Source of the DNA: Octopus sinensis
Taxonomy: Eukaryota
Assembly: GCF_006345805.1 (NCBI RefSeq)
Contig: NC_043012.1
Span: forward strand, 31,434,001 to 31,498,000
Direction of reading: 5' to 3'
DNA length: 64,000 nt
In this document: piece after piece, positions 1-12,787 of the stretch
Layout: every line of letters begins with the position of its first letter
Numbering within the stretch: position 1 is the stretch's first letter
The notes under the pieces: generated by a model
Database searches by the model: none
Told to the model about the DNA's origin: nothing
Seen by the model: only the letters and a program-made list of their open reading frames with translations
Translations under genes and position numbers: made by a program

Positions 1-480
<480 letters not shown>

Positions 481-481
481 A

Positions 482-1703
482 GACGTGACAGAAATAAATA
501 GGCACCCTATAAAGCATTTTTATATGTTTATTCAAACATGTAAAGGCTTATATTTTTTATTAGTTGACATTTTCATGTCTCAGATTCTATATGTGACTAT
601 TTAATCATGCCATGTAGAAAAGAAACCTTAGAACTGTCTGAATTTCAAAGAGGCCGTATTATGGGTCATTCTGAAGATGGGTATTGTCAGCATAAAATCG
701 CAGAAATCTTGGATTCACACTTTCTACAGTTAATAGAATGGTTGTGAAATTCACCAGGGAGGGAAGGAGTCCACATCACCTCGCCCAATTCAACCAGGGC
801 CCTCTGACAAGACCCATCTCTTTGTTAAGAGAAATATGGAGGACAGTCCTTATTGACATAGCAGAACAAGTTGACATCAGTTTCAGAACAGCTGTGAGGT
901 ATCTCCACAAACTTGGTTACTTTGGCAAAGCAGTAAGAAGAAAGCTACTTCTTCGACCAGCCAACATCAGAAAAGATTGGGCCAGTGAAATGGTGGAAAG
1001 GCCTCTAACATTTCCGGACACTCTCACATTCTCTGATGAGACCAGATTTGCTGTATTTCCTGACAGTAGTCGAGTGTGTGTCTGGAGACTCTGTGATCAA
1101 GAATTTGATTGCAGCCAACAATAAAACACGGCACGGCAGCTATTCGGTGAGGGTGCGGAGAACGATTTGGAGCAATGATTGATCACAGCTGGTGGAGTGT
1201 GAGAAAAACATAAACTCAGATAAATATGTATCCATATTGCAAAAGGGACTCCTTCCAATCTTCTCCAGTGGGGAAATGATAAAAGAAGACTTTTTATTTA
1301 TGGAAGACGGGGCTCCTTGTCACATGGCTAAAATGGCCCAAGGTTTGTTGGATGAGAATGGCATTAAAAACCTTACATAGCCAAGCCTGTCATCAGATAT
1401 GAACCCTATTGAACACCTCTGGGACATAAAGGACAGGACACTTCATAAAAAGAACAAGAAGGCATCTTCAAAGCCAGATCTTTTGAGATTACTGCATGAA
1501 ACTTGGCAAGAAATTCTGCAAGAGAATATCCGTCATCAGATCAGTAACATACCCGATAGGGTCCTTGCATTGAAAAATGCAATGGGATTGTCTACTAAAT
1601 ATCAAATATTCACATAATGACAATTAATAAATACTTTGAATGTGTAATTTCAGATTTAAATACATTTTCATGATTATTAGTGTGTCTATACTTCTGTCAT
1701 GTG
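482..1703 (+). mobile_element. Full-length fossil Tc1-family DNA transposon
   Basis: Left end GACGTGACAGAAATAAATAGGCAC (482-505) is an imperfect inverted repeat of GTGTCTATACTTCTGTCATGTG (1682-1703); transposase remnant lies between. Confidence 0.85.
607..1617 (+). pseudogene. Tc1 DD34E transposase, disrupted by frameshifts and stops
   Basis: N-terminus MPCRKETLELSEFQRGRIMG (HTH-like); FSDETRF (D1), FMEDGAPCH (D2), SDMNPIEHLW (E); 34 residues counted between D2 and E. Confidence 0.92.
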
Positions 1704-1711
1704 TGTGTGTG

Positions 1712-2112
1712 TGTGGCTGTGTAGTAAGTAGCTTGCTAACCAACCACATGGTTCCGGGTTCAGTCCCACTGCGTGGCATCTTGGGCAAGTGTCTTCTGCT
1801 ATAGCCCCGGGCCGACCAATGCCTTGTGAGTGGATTTGGTAGACGGAAACTGAAAGAAGCCTGTCGTATATATGTATATGTGTGTATTTGTATGTGTGTG
1901 TGTGTTTGTGTGTCTGTGTTTGTCCCCCTAGCATTGCTTGACAACCAATGCTGGTGTGTTTACATCTCATCACTTAGCGGTTCAGCAAAAAAGACCGATA
2001 GAATAAGTACTGGGCTTACAAAGAATAAGTCCCGGGGTCGATTTGCTCGACAAAAGGCGGTGCTCCAGCATGGCCGCAGTCAAATGACTGAAACAGGTAA
2101 AAGAGTAAAAGA
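1712..2112 (+). mobile_element. tRNA-derived CORE-type SINE, family A (octopus OR-like)
   Basis: Box A TGGCTGTGTAG, box B GGTTCAGTCCC, CORE-like CTTGGGCAAGTGTCTT, internal (TA/TG)n, tail ending CAGCATGGCCGCAGTCAAATGACTGAAAC plus (TAAAAGAG)n; about 12 related copies in the window. Confidence 0.9.
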
Positions 2113-2339
2113 GTATATATATATATATATATATATATTATATTATATTATATATGTGTGTGCATATATATAAATATACATATATAAATATGCAGATACC
2201 TAAATGTATATTTGTGTATATAATATATGTATACATACGCATGTATGTGTGTATCTATATATACATGTGTCTGAGTGTACTTGTGGTTGTAAAAGTTTTG
2301 GATAATATTTACAGGTACACTGTATTTCTATCGGATTGA

Positions 2340-4400
2340 TTAACATTCTTAAATGTTTTATTCTTGCATGTGAACATAGCAGCGGACTTGTTTCCGGAAC
2401 ATCTCTAAAGTTTCATTAAATATTCACGTCTTTATGATATTGTCAAGCTATTGAATTGTTGTCCAGGTGTTTAGTCTCTTTATTTAAGTTAATGTTCGCT
2501 TATATTAATCGCATTGTATGAATTTCTTTAACACTCTTATTGTTAGGATTTTTCTTTCATAGGACTGGTTTGGTTAACCTTCTCGGTTTGTCTAAGATCT
2601 GTGATGTTTATGTGGTCCACGTTCCTCTCGAATAATTGTACGACGTCGGCTGCTGGAAAAACAAGTTCAGTGAAGAAGGCTCCCAGGCGATTGACATTCT
2701 TGGTATTGGGGAAAATGACACAGTATGGAGTCAAGAAGAGGACTGATTAGGGGGTGCCTGAGAAGAGGTAAAATGAGATCACCAGTTCCCCGTCGGCAAG
2801 CCCACTGTAAAAGAGACAGAAAAATGAAAGCATGTGTATTGGCCAGAGGCTGAAATTCCTGAGGAGTTACGTCATGTTGACCAGTGCATTGGTGTTTCTT
2901 TGGTAGCATTGGAAGATGTCTCTGAAAGTGTGTAGTGATAACTCCGTTCAGATTATTGGGAAGTAATCCACTGGTTGTTAGTCTTCACTGAACTTTGTAA
3001 GTTAGTAGTTGTTGGGCTTTATATACAAAATACTTTCTGAAGATGAATGTTGAAATTTGTGATGCAGTTTGAGAAAGTGTTTCTGCCAGAGAAAATCCAC
3101 TGTGAATTGTGAGGTAAAACTTTTGTAGAAGCTGTGGGGATTGTAGATGCTTGCTGTTACGTTTATGCTTTAATGATTAGTAGGTGTGTTTTCATGTTTT
3201 CTTGATGCTTGTAGTTTTAGTATTTCTTAGCTGTTAAAGAAGGCAAGAGAAGATGGTATGGTTGCACGAAATTATGCTTTGTATTGATATAAATTTGGTG
3301 AGAGGTATCCCTGTTGCATATGAAGGATGACTGGGTAGGTAGGTTAAAGGAATGAAGAAGGGTGTCATTTGCTCGAGTGCTTGCGGACTGTAAAACTCAC
3401 CGAGGCATATTTGGTGGTTAAGATGATGATCTTGCAAGAGTTGTAGGTCTGAATAAAAGCTGTTCAGTTTATAAAGCTTGGTCATTTTTCTTGAAGCGTT
3501 GAAAGTTGAGTTCTTTACCTGTACTAATTCCGAGAAGCTATGAGATAACCCAACTGTGGACTTGGGTCTGACTTATAGTTGTGTGTGATTTAAGAGGATT
3601 GGTTCAGAGAAGATTATATCGGAATGTGTGCCTTCCGTGCAAGAAGAATTATGTTTGAAGATGTGCTGATAGTTGAAATAGTCCAGAGAACATAATACGA
3701 AGCAGGTATATTTGGGAGGCGGCGAGCTGGCAGAAACGTTAGCACGTCGAGCGAAAGCCTTAGCTGTATTTCGTCTGTCGCTGTATTATGAGTTCAAATT
3801 CCGCCGAGGTCGACTTTGCCTTTCATCCTTTCGGGGTCGATTAAATAAGTACCAGTTACGCACTGGGGTCGATATAATCGACTTAATCCGTTTGTCTGTC
3901 CTTGTTTGTCCTCTCTGTGTTTAGCCCCTTGTGGGTAGTAAAGAAATAGGTATGTTTGGAAGAGTGAGGGAGACTTAGAATCTGAATAACTTTTACTAAT
4001 ATCGAGGTGTGGCGAGTGATTTGCTAGAATCTAGTTATGCAGACATCATAGTCCATAGTAAATTTAGTAAAGACCGTAGCCTGAACTGAGTATGATGAGA
4101 GATTTGTATCTAGGAGAGAAATAAGGTATGTAGTTTGTGAGTTATTAAGTGATAATAAGTCAAGGTTGGAGCTAATTTCAATGAGATGAGGGAAGAAGAT
4201 AGGGATTTGCACAGCAGATGTTTTAGATTATTTTTCAAAACAGGTTTCTGAACTCTTCGGGAATTCATTTGAAAGTTTTTGCAAGCTAGGAATAAACCGG
4301 CGAAAATCCTGTATTTGAACCCGCATATCAATGAATTTTGTACGTTAGACTTCAAACAATGTTATTTCATTTACAGTATCTTGGTGAATTGAAGTGACTA
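2340..4400 (-). mobile_element. Heavily degraded coding-like remnant, possibly L1/Tx1-type LINE ORF2 (tentative)
   Basis: Strand-biased, non-repetitive 2 kb with broken minus-strand frames, interrupted by a SINE; no diagnostic motif recognised. Confidence 0.3.
3718..3947 (+). mobile_element. tRNA-derived SINE, family B
   Basis: Head GGCGGCGAGCTGGCAGAAACGTTAG, box B GAGTTCAAATTCC, end GTAAAGAAAT; imperfect TSD GGTATATTTGG/GGTATGTTTGG. Confidence 0.9.
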
Positions 4401-4854
4401 GTTAATTAGCAGAGAGAATTTTTTTCACAACCAGAAAATGAATTCCAAATATCTGCTTACTAAAACAAAAATAAAATTCGTTTTCTTTTCTTTTAGTGTG
4501 TAATTATATTATTAGCACTTTCATTCTAATTTGTATTTAGTTTTGCCGTATAACGTTCTTTTTTAAATTCCTTCTAGGCTTTTCTCCAGCTGCAATTAGG
4601 TCTCGTACTCAAAGAGCTTTCTTGCAAAGTATTAAAAAGTTAGAAATAAAGAGACTCGGTCACCTAAATTAATTACCTCAATTGGTTTAGTTATGCTTAA
4701 GTGAAGAAAATATATTTGTTGTAGGGCTTAATTCAATTCTAAGGAATCGTAATTCCCATTTTGGTGTTTGAAAAAACATCTCTAGAAATATATTTAGTTA
4801 TACAAACCTGGTTATGTAATATTTTATACATTAGAAAATGTGTAAAAGTATGTC

Positions 4855-4913
4855 TTTTATCTGTTACTTGCTTCAGTAATCTGACTGCGACCATACTCGG
4901 GGGCACCCCCCCC

Positions 4914-4959
<46 letters not shown>

Positions 4960-5124
4960 GACGGACTTCTGTCAGTTTCCGTCTACCAAATCCATTCACA
5001 AGGCTTTGGTCGACCCGAGGCTTTAACTGAAGACACTTACCCAAGGTGCCACGCAGACGGACTGAACTCGGAACTATGTGGTTGGGAAGCAAGCTTCTTA
5101 CCACTCAGCCACACCTGCGCCTAT
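4855..5124 (-). mobile_element. SINE family A, internally deleted
   Basis: Reverse complement of family A head and tail around (TA)n. Confidence 0.85.
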
Positions 5125-5679
5125 ACGACTTTTGAAATAATTTCTTCTTAGCTTCTCTTATCTGACTGCTTTGGCTTGTAAATGAAGTGCACGCTTTCAG
5201 CAGTATCTAAATTTAGTAATAATTAGTAAAATAGTTCAGTAAAATATCAATTTTGTTATTTGGTATGTGCTGCTGAAAATGTTTAGCTATCCATTTCAGC
5301 AATGCACTTAACAGTATATCATACTCTACTCACATCGCAGTATTCACGGTTTATTAATCACGTTATGTAGCTGAACGGTAATTTTGAGTCCTCTGAATCC
5401 CATGGGTGGCTTGGTAAGACTATTTACCCTTTTTGTTGCTTTGGACTATCATTTCAGAAGAGTTAGCTACACAATTCATAAAGTTTTGATCATTAATCAA
5501 ATAGTGATGATTTGAATGGATTTTGGTGATTCACTGGCAGCAGCAGAACATTAGATAACTCGTATAGTGATTCTAATTCGCTAATGTGTTATAACAAAGA
5601 GAACACTAAGGAAATAATAGCTACAAAACAATACAAAATAGTTAATTTTCTGAAGCTGTTGTTGTGATACCACGAGTAC

Positions 5680-5995
5680 TGAGCTGGCACTCCGTCGGTT
5701 ACGACGATGAGGGTTCCAGTTGATCCGATCAACGGAACGGCTTGCTTGTGGAATTGACGTGTAAGTGGGTGAGTATTCCACAGACACGCGCACTATTTAT
5801 GTGGTTCGCAGAGAGATTCAGCGTGACACGGAAAGCGACATGGATGGCCCTTTGAATTACAGGAATAATTCACCTTTTTCCAGTTGTGTGGACTGAAGCA
5901 GTGCGAAATAAAGTGTCATGCTAAAGAACACAACGCCCCGCCGGAAATCGAACTCATAACCTTACGATCGTGAACCACGCTCCTTAATGACTTCA
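5680..5995 (-). mobile_element. tRNA-derived CORE SINE, head D with its own tail
   Basis: Minus strand GTGGTTCACGATCGTAAGGTTATGAGTTCGATTTCC, then CORE-like TTGTGTTCTTTAGCATGACACTT; head resembles the 63512-63770 copy but the tail differs. Confidence 0.75.
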
Positions 5996-6070
5996 AAATA
6001 CGCATTCTGTTTTATTCTTAGATAAAGGGTTAGGGTTATTGCTTTTTGTCTATATTTTTCTTATTTGTAG

Positions 6071-6289
6071 GGCGGCGAGCTGGCAGAAGCGTTAGCACGC
6101 CGGGCGTAATGCTTAGCGGTATTTCGTCTGTCGTTACGTTCTGAGTTCAAATTCCGCCGAGGTAGACTTTGCCTTTCATCCTTTCGGGGTCGATAAATAA
6201 AGTACCAGTTTCGCATTGGGGTCGAAGTAATCGACTTAATCCGTTTGTCTGTCCTTGTTTGTCCCCTCTATGTGAGCAGTAAAGAAATA
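6071..6289 (+). mobile_element. SINE family B with 14-bp TSD
   Basis: TSD TATATTTTTCTTAT at 6051-6064 and 6290-6303. Confidence 0.92.
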
Positions 6290-6303
6290 TATATTTTTCT
6301 TAT

Positions 6304-6690
6304 ATCAGTCACTGGACTGCGGTCGTGCTATGGGACTGTCTTGAAGGGTTTAGTTAAATGTATAGATCCCTGGAGTTATTTTGAAATCCGGTACTTATTC
6401 TTATTTCCTTTTGCCATACTTCTAGCTTACAGTGACGTAAACAAACCAACATCAGTTGTTAATCGGTAGTAGGGGACGAACACAAAGATACACACGCACA
6501 TATGCCTAGTCATACTCACATACACACACACACACATATATACGACGGGTTTTCATAGAGTTTCCGTCTACTAAGTTCATTCACAAGGCTTTGATCAACA
6601 CGGGAGTATATTAGAAGACCCATGCCCAAGGTACCCCGCAGTGGAAGGGAACTCGAAACCACGTGGTTGCAAGACATCGATGCTTAACTT
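6304..6690 (-). mobile_element. SINE family A, diverged
   Basis: Reverse-complement similarity to family A tail, core and head. Confidence 0.75.
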
Positions 6691-7121
6691 TACACTAAAA
6701 TAAACTTTATGTATTTCATCAAATGTCTTATCGCGTGAACTTTAACAATCGCTGAAATAAGTCACAAGTTCCTGGGATCAATAGAGTCTACTAAAATCTA
6801 TTGAATATGTTACCAAAGTATGGCAGCAATCTACTGACTGACATCAGTAGAATAGTAAATGAATCAACGACCCCACACACACACAAGCGTGCATGTATAC
6901 GTGTTTGCATACTTTACATTTATACGCATGAGAAAAATACACGTGTGTGCATATATGTATACATATAAATGTGTGTATGTATGTAAGCATGTGCGTAAGA
7001 AATGTGTAAGCCCATTTAAATATATATTACTGCTAAAATATTTCTGATATACCGGATAAGCAACCCATACCTGGATACAACTAACTCAACAAGAACTCAC
7101 TACTTCAATTTAGATAATCCT

Positions 7122-7197
7122 ATCAGGTGGTGCTATTAAGTTAGACATGGTCTGGACCAATCTTAGGTCGAAACGTATCTAAGTTTTAAGTTTTATA
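7122..7197 (+). mobile_element. 3' terminal stub of a CR1-clade LINE
   Basis: GGTGGTGCTATTAAGTTAGACATGG...GGTCGAAAC plus (TAAGTTT)n; matches the 3' end of the CR1 fragment at 49020-49430 and a stub at about 46775-46850. Confidence 0.7.
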
Positions 7198-8959
7198 TGT
7201 AGCTTAATGTGATAATCATTTAAATACCCAACGTTGAGCAAATTACGTAGCCCAAACGAGAATAGGCACAGACCATTGCAAAGAAAATCTAAAAGAAATA
7301 ATACATCACATTATAAAAATAACTACAATTATTTCAGTCAGATCAAATTAACGATTTCCAAAGACAAGATTACATAAACGATGTTGAGAAATAATAACCA
7401 TATATATCTAGGGCCAGAAATACTTTCAGAAGAAAGAAACCTAAACAAATTTATTAAATAGCTCTGATTGTATCAATGGAAACGGTTCTAGGCGAGTAAT
7501 TTCACTTCTTCATCATGCTCACCAAATCAAAGTCGAAAGAAAATATGACATTGAGGGAAATTATCTGGCCTTTCTCGGTTGAGTAGTAAGGGCCGGGAAG
7601 CTGAAAACATCGGTAAATAACTTGGAAAATATCAATGAAAATTCATAGCAATGTCAAGATGTATGCGCACTGCAGGAAACACAATACTCTCAGTCCATAT
7701 CTCTTGATCCTCAGACAACAAGTCCACACTACAAACTCATGGAAACTATTGGAATCACATAGTAAACCATTTTGAAGAAGAATAAGAATCAAAACAAAGA
7801 GAACAATACACAATTAACAAAAAGAAACTAGCAAAAAAAAATCAGAGCACAATTATGCAACATAACAACAATGTGCAATGGATGAGATAAGCGAGACTAA
7901 AGAAAATGTAACGAGACTATTCGAGAACACAAGTAAAAGTGTTAATATGCCAAAGACTTCCCAGATTGCACTTGCTTCGTAAAATAAAACCAAAATAAAT
8001 TCTCTAAAACAAAACCGCCATTGAACAGCAGAGGTGCCATCCAATGATTTGTCTCTTTTAATCACCAATATGTAAAGAAAATATCGAACATCTACACTCC
8101 TTTATCAGGGTTGTTGTAGATAACAGAATTATTGCAAGAGAAGCGCCATGCGTGTCAAAAGAGCTGCATTGATGTAAAGAAGAGCTATAGTTGTTCAGTC
8201 GTTAACAACTAGAGACAATCCCTCTCCCCAACAAAAAGAAGAAAATCGAAAGGCTTTCAATGCTGTATAATTATATGCATCGAAGTCATTGTATGCAAAC
8301 ATAACATCCCAATGTTAAAGACTATAACCTGCCATGTCAAATCAACAACAGAATTATCAATAACAGAACAGAATAAAGAAAAGACAAAAAATGAAAAAAA
8401 ATAATTTTATTCGATAATTCGAATTTTTCAGAAAGATTCCTTCAACTATTTTTCTGCTCGCGAAAGTCTTTGATCAAATCCGAAAAGGTACGTGCGTGTA
8501 GATTTGTGGGCTTCCTTCTGTTAGTGTTAAATGCTACTTTTATACTGAATGAGATGAAGAATGCAATTTTACCCACATTACGTCTTTTAAAGGGGAAACT
8601 AAAATATCTCCTATCACGTGTCTTTGGAAGAAACTTTACAAAGTACACGCTAAATGACGTGGATTTGTTTGCGCTGATATTGATCTGTAAATAAATTTGT
8701 TTCTAAATGAAATAAAAAGACGTTAATTAGGTTTAGTAAATGAAATTTAGCTATAGAACATTTCCTATAGCGTTTCTTAGAGAGTAAATTTAGGAAACGC
8801 AGTGTAAACGACATGGATTTGCTAAGTTTATGCTAATCACTAATATTTATTTCTTTTTTATGCTGAGATTAAAAAGAAAAGTTTAATAAGCTTCACTATA
8901 AGGAGTGAACTACAAAATTAATACCTTCAGTAAGTCTGTGTCTGTAATGAAAATTACCA

Positions 8960-9325
8960 TAGGCGCAGGAGTGGCTGTGTGGTAAGTGGCTTGCTTACGA
9001 ACCACATGGTTCCGGGTTCAGTCCCACTGCATGGCACTTTGGGCAAGTGTCTTCTACTATAGAGTGGATTTGGTAGACGGAAACTGAAAGACGCCCGTCG
9101 TATATATGTGTGTGTGTGTTTGCATGTCTGTGTTTGTCCCCCAACATCGCTTAACAACCGATGCTGGTGTGTTTACGTCCCCGTAACTTAGCGGTTCGGC
9201 AAAAGAGGTTGATAGAATAAGTACTAGGCTTACAAAGAATAAGTCCTGGAGTCTATTTGCTCGACTAAAGGCGGTACTCCAGCATGGCCACAGTCAAATG
9301 ACTGCAGCAAGTAAAAGATTAAAAG
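8960..9325 (+). mobile_element. SINE family A
   Basis: GGCGCAGGAGTGGCTGTGTGG head, CORE and tail. Confidence 0.9.
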
Positions 9326-9827
9326 AATATTTATAATGTGACCCTTAAGTTTAAAAAATTAGTTAAAAAACAATAGACACAATTATAACTCGACCTAGAC
9401 TCTTACTAGACAATGAAAGAACTCTACATAAGTAAGACTACTATCGATGATTAAAACGAAATTCTGAAGAATATAAATCTACAAAAAAGGAAGAACCGAT
9501 GAGAGAAACGAATAAACAATTGCATAAATGTCACAATAGCAACAAAACATTTCTAAATGAATATAGACATTCCCTTATTAACTGCTCTTTTAGATGTTAT
9601 TAGGGTTTCAACGCAGAGCACAATACAAAGGCATTAACATCATTAAGACATAATTTAAACGCTGCTTGGGAATTATTAGAAATTACAAAAAATGTAAGCA
9701 GATAGGCGCAAGCATGGCTCAGTAGTAAGAAGCTTAATTTCCACCACATAGTTCTGGGTTCTGTCTCAGTGCATGACATCTCGAGCAAGTGTCTTCTGCT
9801 ATACACACACACACATACACACAGGTG

Positions 9828-9863
<36 letters not shown>

Positions 9864-10679
9864 TAGTGTAATAAATAAAATATATGCATACATACAAACA
9901 TATATGTGCGTACCGACATCTACATGTATATATACATGCGTATATAAATATATATACTTACAGGACACCACAAGAAGACGTAAAAATCAACAGAAACGAA
10001 AACGGAAAAGCCATTTTGTTACAACAGAAGGACAGAGACGTGGAACAAGACGAAAACGAAAACGGGAAAAATAATTATGTACAGCAGAAAAACGAAGTAC
10101 AGGACATGCTGCACAAAGAAAAATCCCCTTCATCAGCTGTCGCTAGCAGACATAGCGTGTTTCGAAGGCAAGACAGGACACGTCTGTCATGCTAGGCCTT
10201 CCTACGAGAGAATTAAAATAAAATAACCTCGTAGAGGGGTAAAACGAGCAAGAAAAAATGTAACACAAAAAGGGACGTAACAAAGAACTGCACAAAAAAA
10301 TACAAGAAAAAATACAAAATTAAAGATACATGTACAAGAAAATACAAAACGTGAATTAAAATACAATACGAGAAATCAAAATAAACAAGAGAACAAACGA
10401 AAAAGACGAACGAAGGCCTTTGTTCTGGCGGGGACGAGAAGGTACCTGGCGAGCGCTGGGAAACATGACCTTAGGGCCTGAATGCAACAGGCGAAAGGAT
10501 TAGCAGTGACGAAAGTGAGGAGGAGTGGAAGAGAGAGAGGGACAGATAGAGGAAGACACGCGGCTAGAGAGAAGGGTGAGGCAGAGAGAGAAAGAGAGAG
10601 AGAGAGGGGAAGGCAAAGCAAAGGGAGAGAATTTCGCGTCATTGTAGTAAACTGTAAAACAAATATATATATATTTATT

Positions 10680-11167
10680 TATTTATATCGATTGCTACTT
10701 TCCAGTAAATATTGGTGCCTTGTTGTACCATTTATCTACTTTTATGTGTATATTTTACCCTTATGGGGCTATCTTTTACTGGAAAGTAATACATTTGTAT
10801 TGCATTATTATTTTCATTGAAACTTCTTCACTGTTCTCGTTCTGTTAACGTTTTGGCGTTCAGACTAGTGTACTGGCATTGATGTGGCAACATTTGGAAT
10901 TTTGTCTAGGTAAATGCAGCTGATGAAGACTAATCAAATTTACGTTGTCAAACGTATTTGAAGAGTTAGAAACCGGTCCTGCATTATCCGATTCTAGGTT
11001 GTCCATTTATCGAATGTTCTTATGAGAGGTAAGACAAATGTTTTTCATGTTTGTTGCACACACACGTCTTTGCTAGTATATACGCTGTGAAGCTATACAA
11101 TAGCGTCGTATTTATATCGATTGCTATTTCCCAGTAAATATTGGTGCCTTGTTGTACCATTTATCTA

Positions 11168-11174
<7 letters not shown>
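10680..11174 (+). mobile_element. 429-bp unit plus 66-bp terminal direct repeat containing an HHR (PLE pseudo-LTR or retrozyme-like)
   Basis: 10680-10745 repeated at 11109-11174 with 2 mismatches; 3' end abuts (TA)n; HHR inside. Confidence 0.7.
10913..10985 (+). ncRNA. Type I hammerhead ribozyme fold with palindromic stem III
   Basis: Stem I AATGCAG/CTGCATT (7 bp), core CTGATGA, long stem II (TCAAA/TTTGA, TACGTT-GTCA-AACGTA), GAA, ACCGGT, predicted cleavage GUC after 10978; base of stem II imperfect. Confidence 0.75.
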
Positions 11175-11236
<62 letters not shown>

Positions 11237-11249
11237 GTAGAATATATAT

Positions 11250-12036
11250 ATTCTGACACCACTTCTTGTACTTATGTGGCTTCTTCAATAAGACAGAGTT
11301 TTAAAAAGGATACCCACCACATAAATTGCATATCTGCTTTGGACCACCAAGAGCTGCAGTTAATTTCTCGTCCTTGTGGATCTGAAAATGTCTCTTGAGC
11401 CCTCCGATAGATTTTCAAACCTTATGGCATACATGACATTGACAGAGAGATAGGCAGAGTAGTTGGTGAGGGTTCTTAAATGAGATTTAAGTCCAGCAAA
11501 AGAAAGGCATGGTCTATCAAAAGTTGTGCACTCAAACAAGTGGTTGGGGTTCATTTTCTTGTTGATCGTAGCATTGTTCTTTAATTTTTTTTGGAGCTTC
11601 ACATGGACTATCCTGGTTTCTTCAAAAGCTTTCACTCCACTTCACACTTTTTTTCGCCATCCAGTTCAATCCGCAGCAAAGTTTTCTATGGCCTTTGGAG
11701 CCATTCCAAGTGACTTCATGTTAGTCCTTAGTCCTCATTTTGGGTTTACCCTGATCGCGTTTCCCTTCTGCAAGTTCTCCATATAACAACTGTTTGGGTG
11801 TGCTTTCATCCACCATTCGAACAATGTGGCCAGACCAGCTCATTTGAGTTTTCAAGATCGTTGATAAAAGTAAATTGATGCAAAAACATCTGTCTTGTGT
11901 AAAAAATTCGGCGAAGATTTTTTAGTGGAACTGCTCTAACAATTTGTGACGTTTTTCGTAACAGATCAATGTTTCACAGGAATACAACAGAGATGGTAAG
12001 ACAAACGATTTGTAAAGAGTCAATTTTGTTTTGGCA
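11250..12036 (-). pseudogene. RTE (BovB-like) LINE ORF C-terminus with C2H2 zinc fingers
   Basis: KLTLYKSFVLPSLLYSCETL, WSGHIVRM...PKQLLYGEL...GKR, then zinc-finger motifs ending GLKSHLRT and GLKRHFQIH; multiple stops and frameshifts. Confidence 0.85.
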
Positions 12037-12111
12037 TATACATATACATGTATGTATGTTTGTATGTATGTATGTATGTATGTATGTATGTATGTATGTA
12101 TGTATGTATGT

Positions 12112-12503
12112 ATGTGGCTGTGTGGTAAGTAGCTTGCTAACCAACCACATGGTTCCGGGTTCAGTCCCACTGCGTGGCATCTTGGGCAAGTGTCCTCAGC
12201 TATAGCCCCGGGCCGACCAATGCCTTGTGAGTGGATTTGGTAGACGGAAACTGAAAGAAGCCTGTCGTATATATGTATATATGTATGTGTGTGTGTGTTT
12301 GTGTGTCTGTGTTTGTCCCCCTAGCATCGCTTGAAAACCGATGCTGGTGTGTTTACGTCCCCGTCACTTAGCGGTTCGGCAAAAGAGACCGATAGAATAA
12401 GTACTGGGCTTACAAAGAATAAGTCCCGGGGTCAATTTGCTCGACTAAAGGCGGTGCTCTAACATGGCCGCAGTCAAATGACTGAAACGAGTAAAAGAGT
12501 AAA
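12112..12503 (+). mobile_element. SINE family A
   Basis: Complete head, CORE and tail, preceded by (TATG)n. Confidence 0.92.
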
Positions 12504-12506
12504 TAG

Positions 12507-12562
<56 letters not shown>

Positions 12563-12735
12563 CAATTTGAAAACTCCACTAGAATGGACGAAAGCGCTAA
12601 TATATATGATATATGATATATGATGTATAAAAACATGTAAAATACAAATAAATATCTGTAAATATAAAACCATCCGAATTTCTGAGTACCTCATTTCTTC
12701 TAATATAAAATACATGTACATCATCTCCAAACTTT

Positions 12736-12787
<52 letters not shown>

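Noticed and set aside
7455-7505. CTCTGATTGTATCAATGGAAACGGTTCTAG, resembling an HHR
   Set aside because: The core lacks GA, stem III is not palindromic and stem I is doubtful; at most a deleted fossil.
8480-10195. Possible host exons: donor AAAG|GTACGT near 8488, acceptor TTACAG|G at 9963 and ORF 9884..10195
   Set aside because: Short low-complexity K/N/Q/E frame with an internal repeat of about 60 bp and no recognisable domain, adjacent to a repeat element; splice-like motifs of this quality are common by chance.
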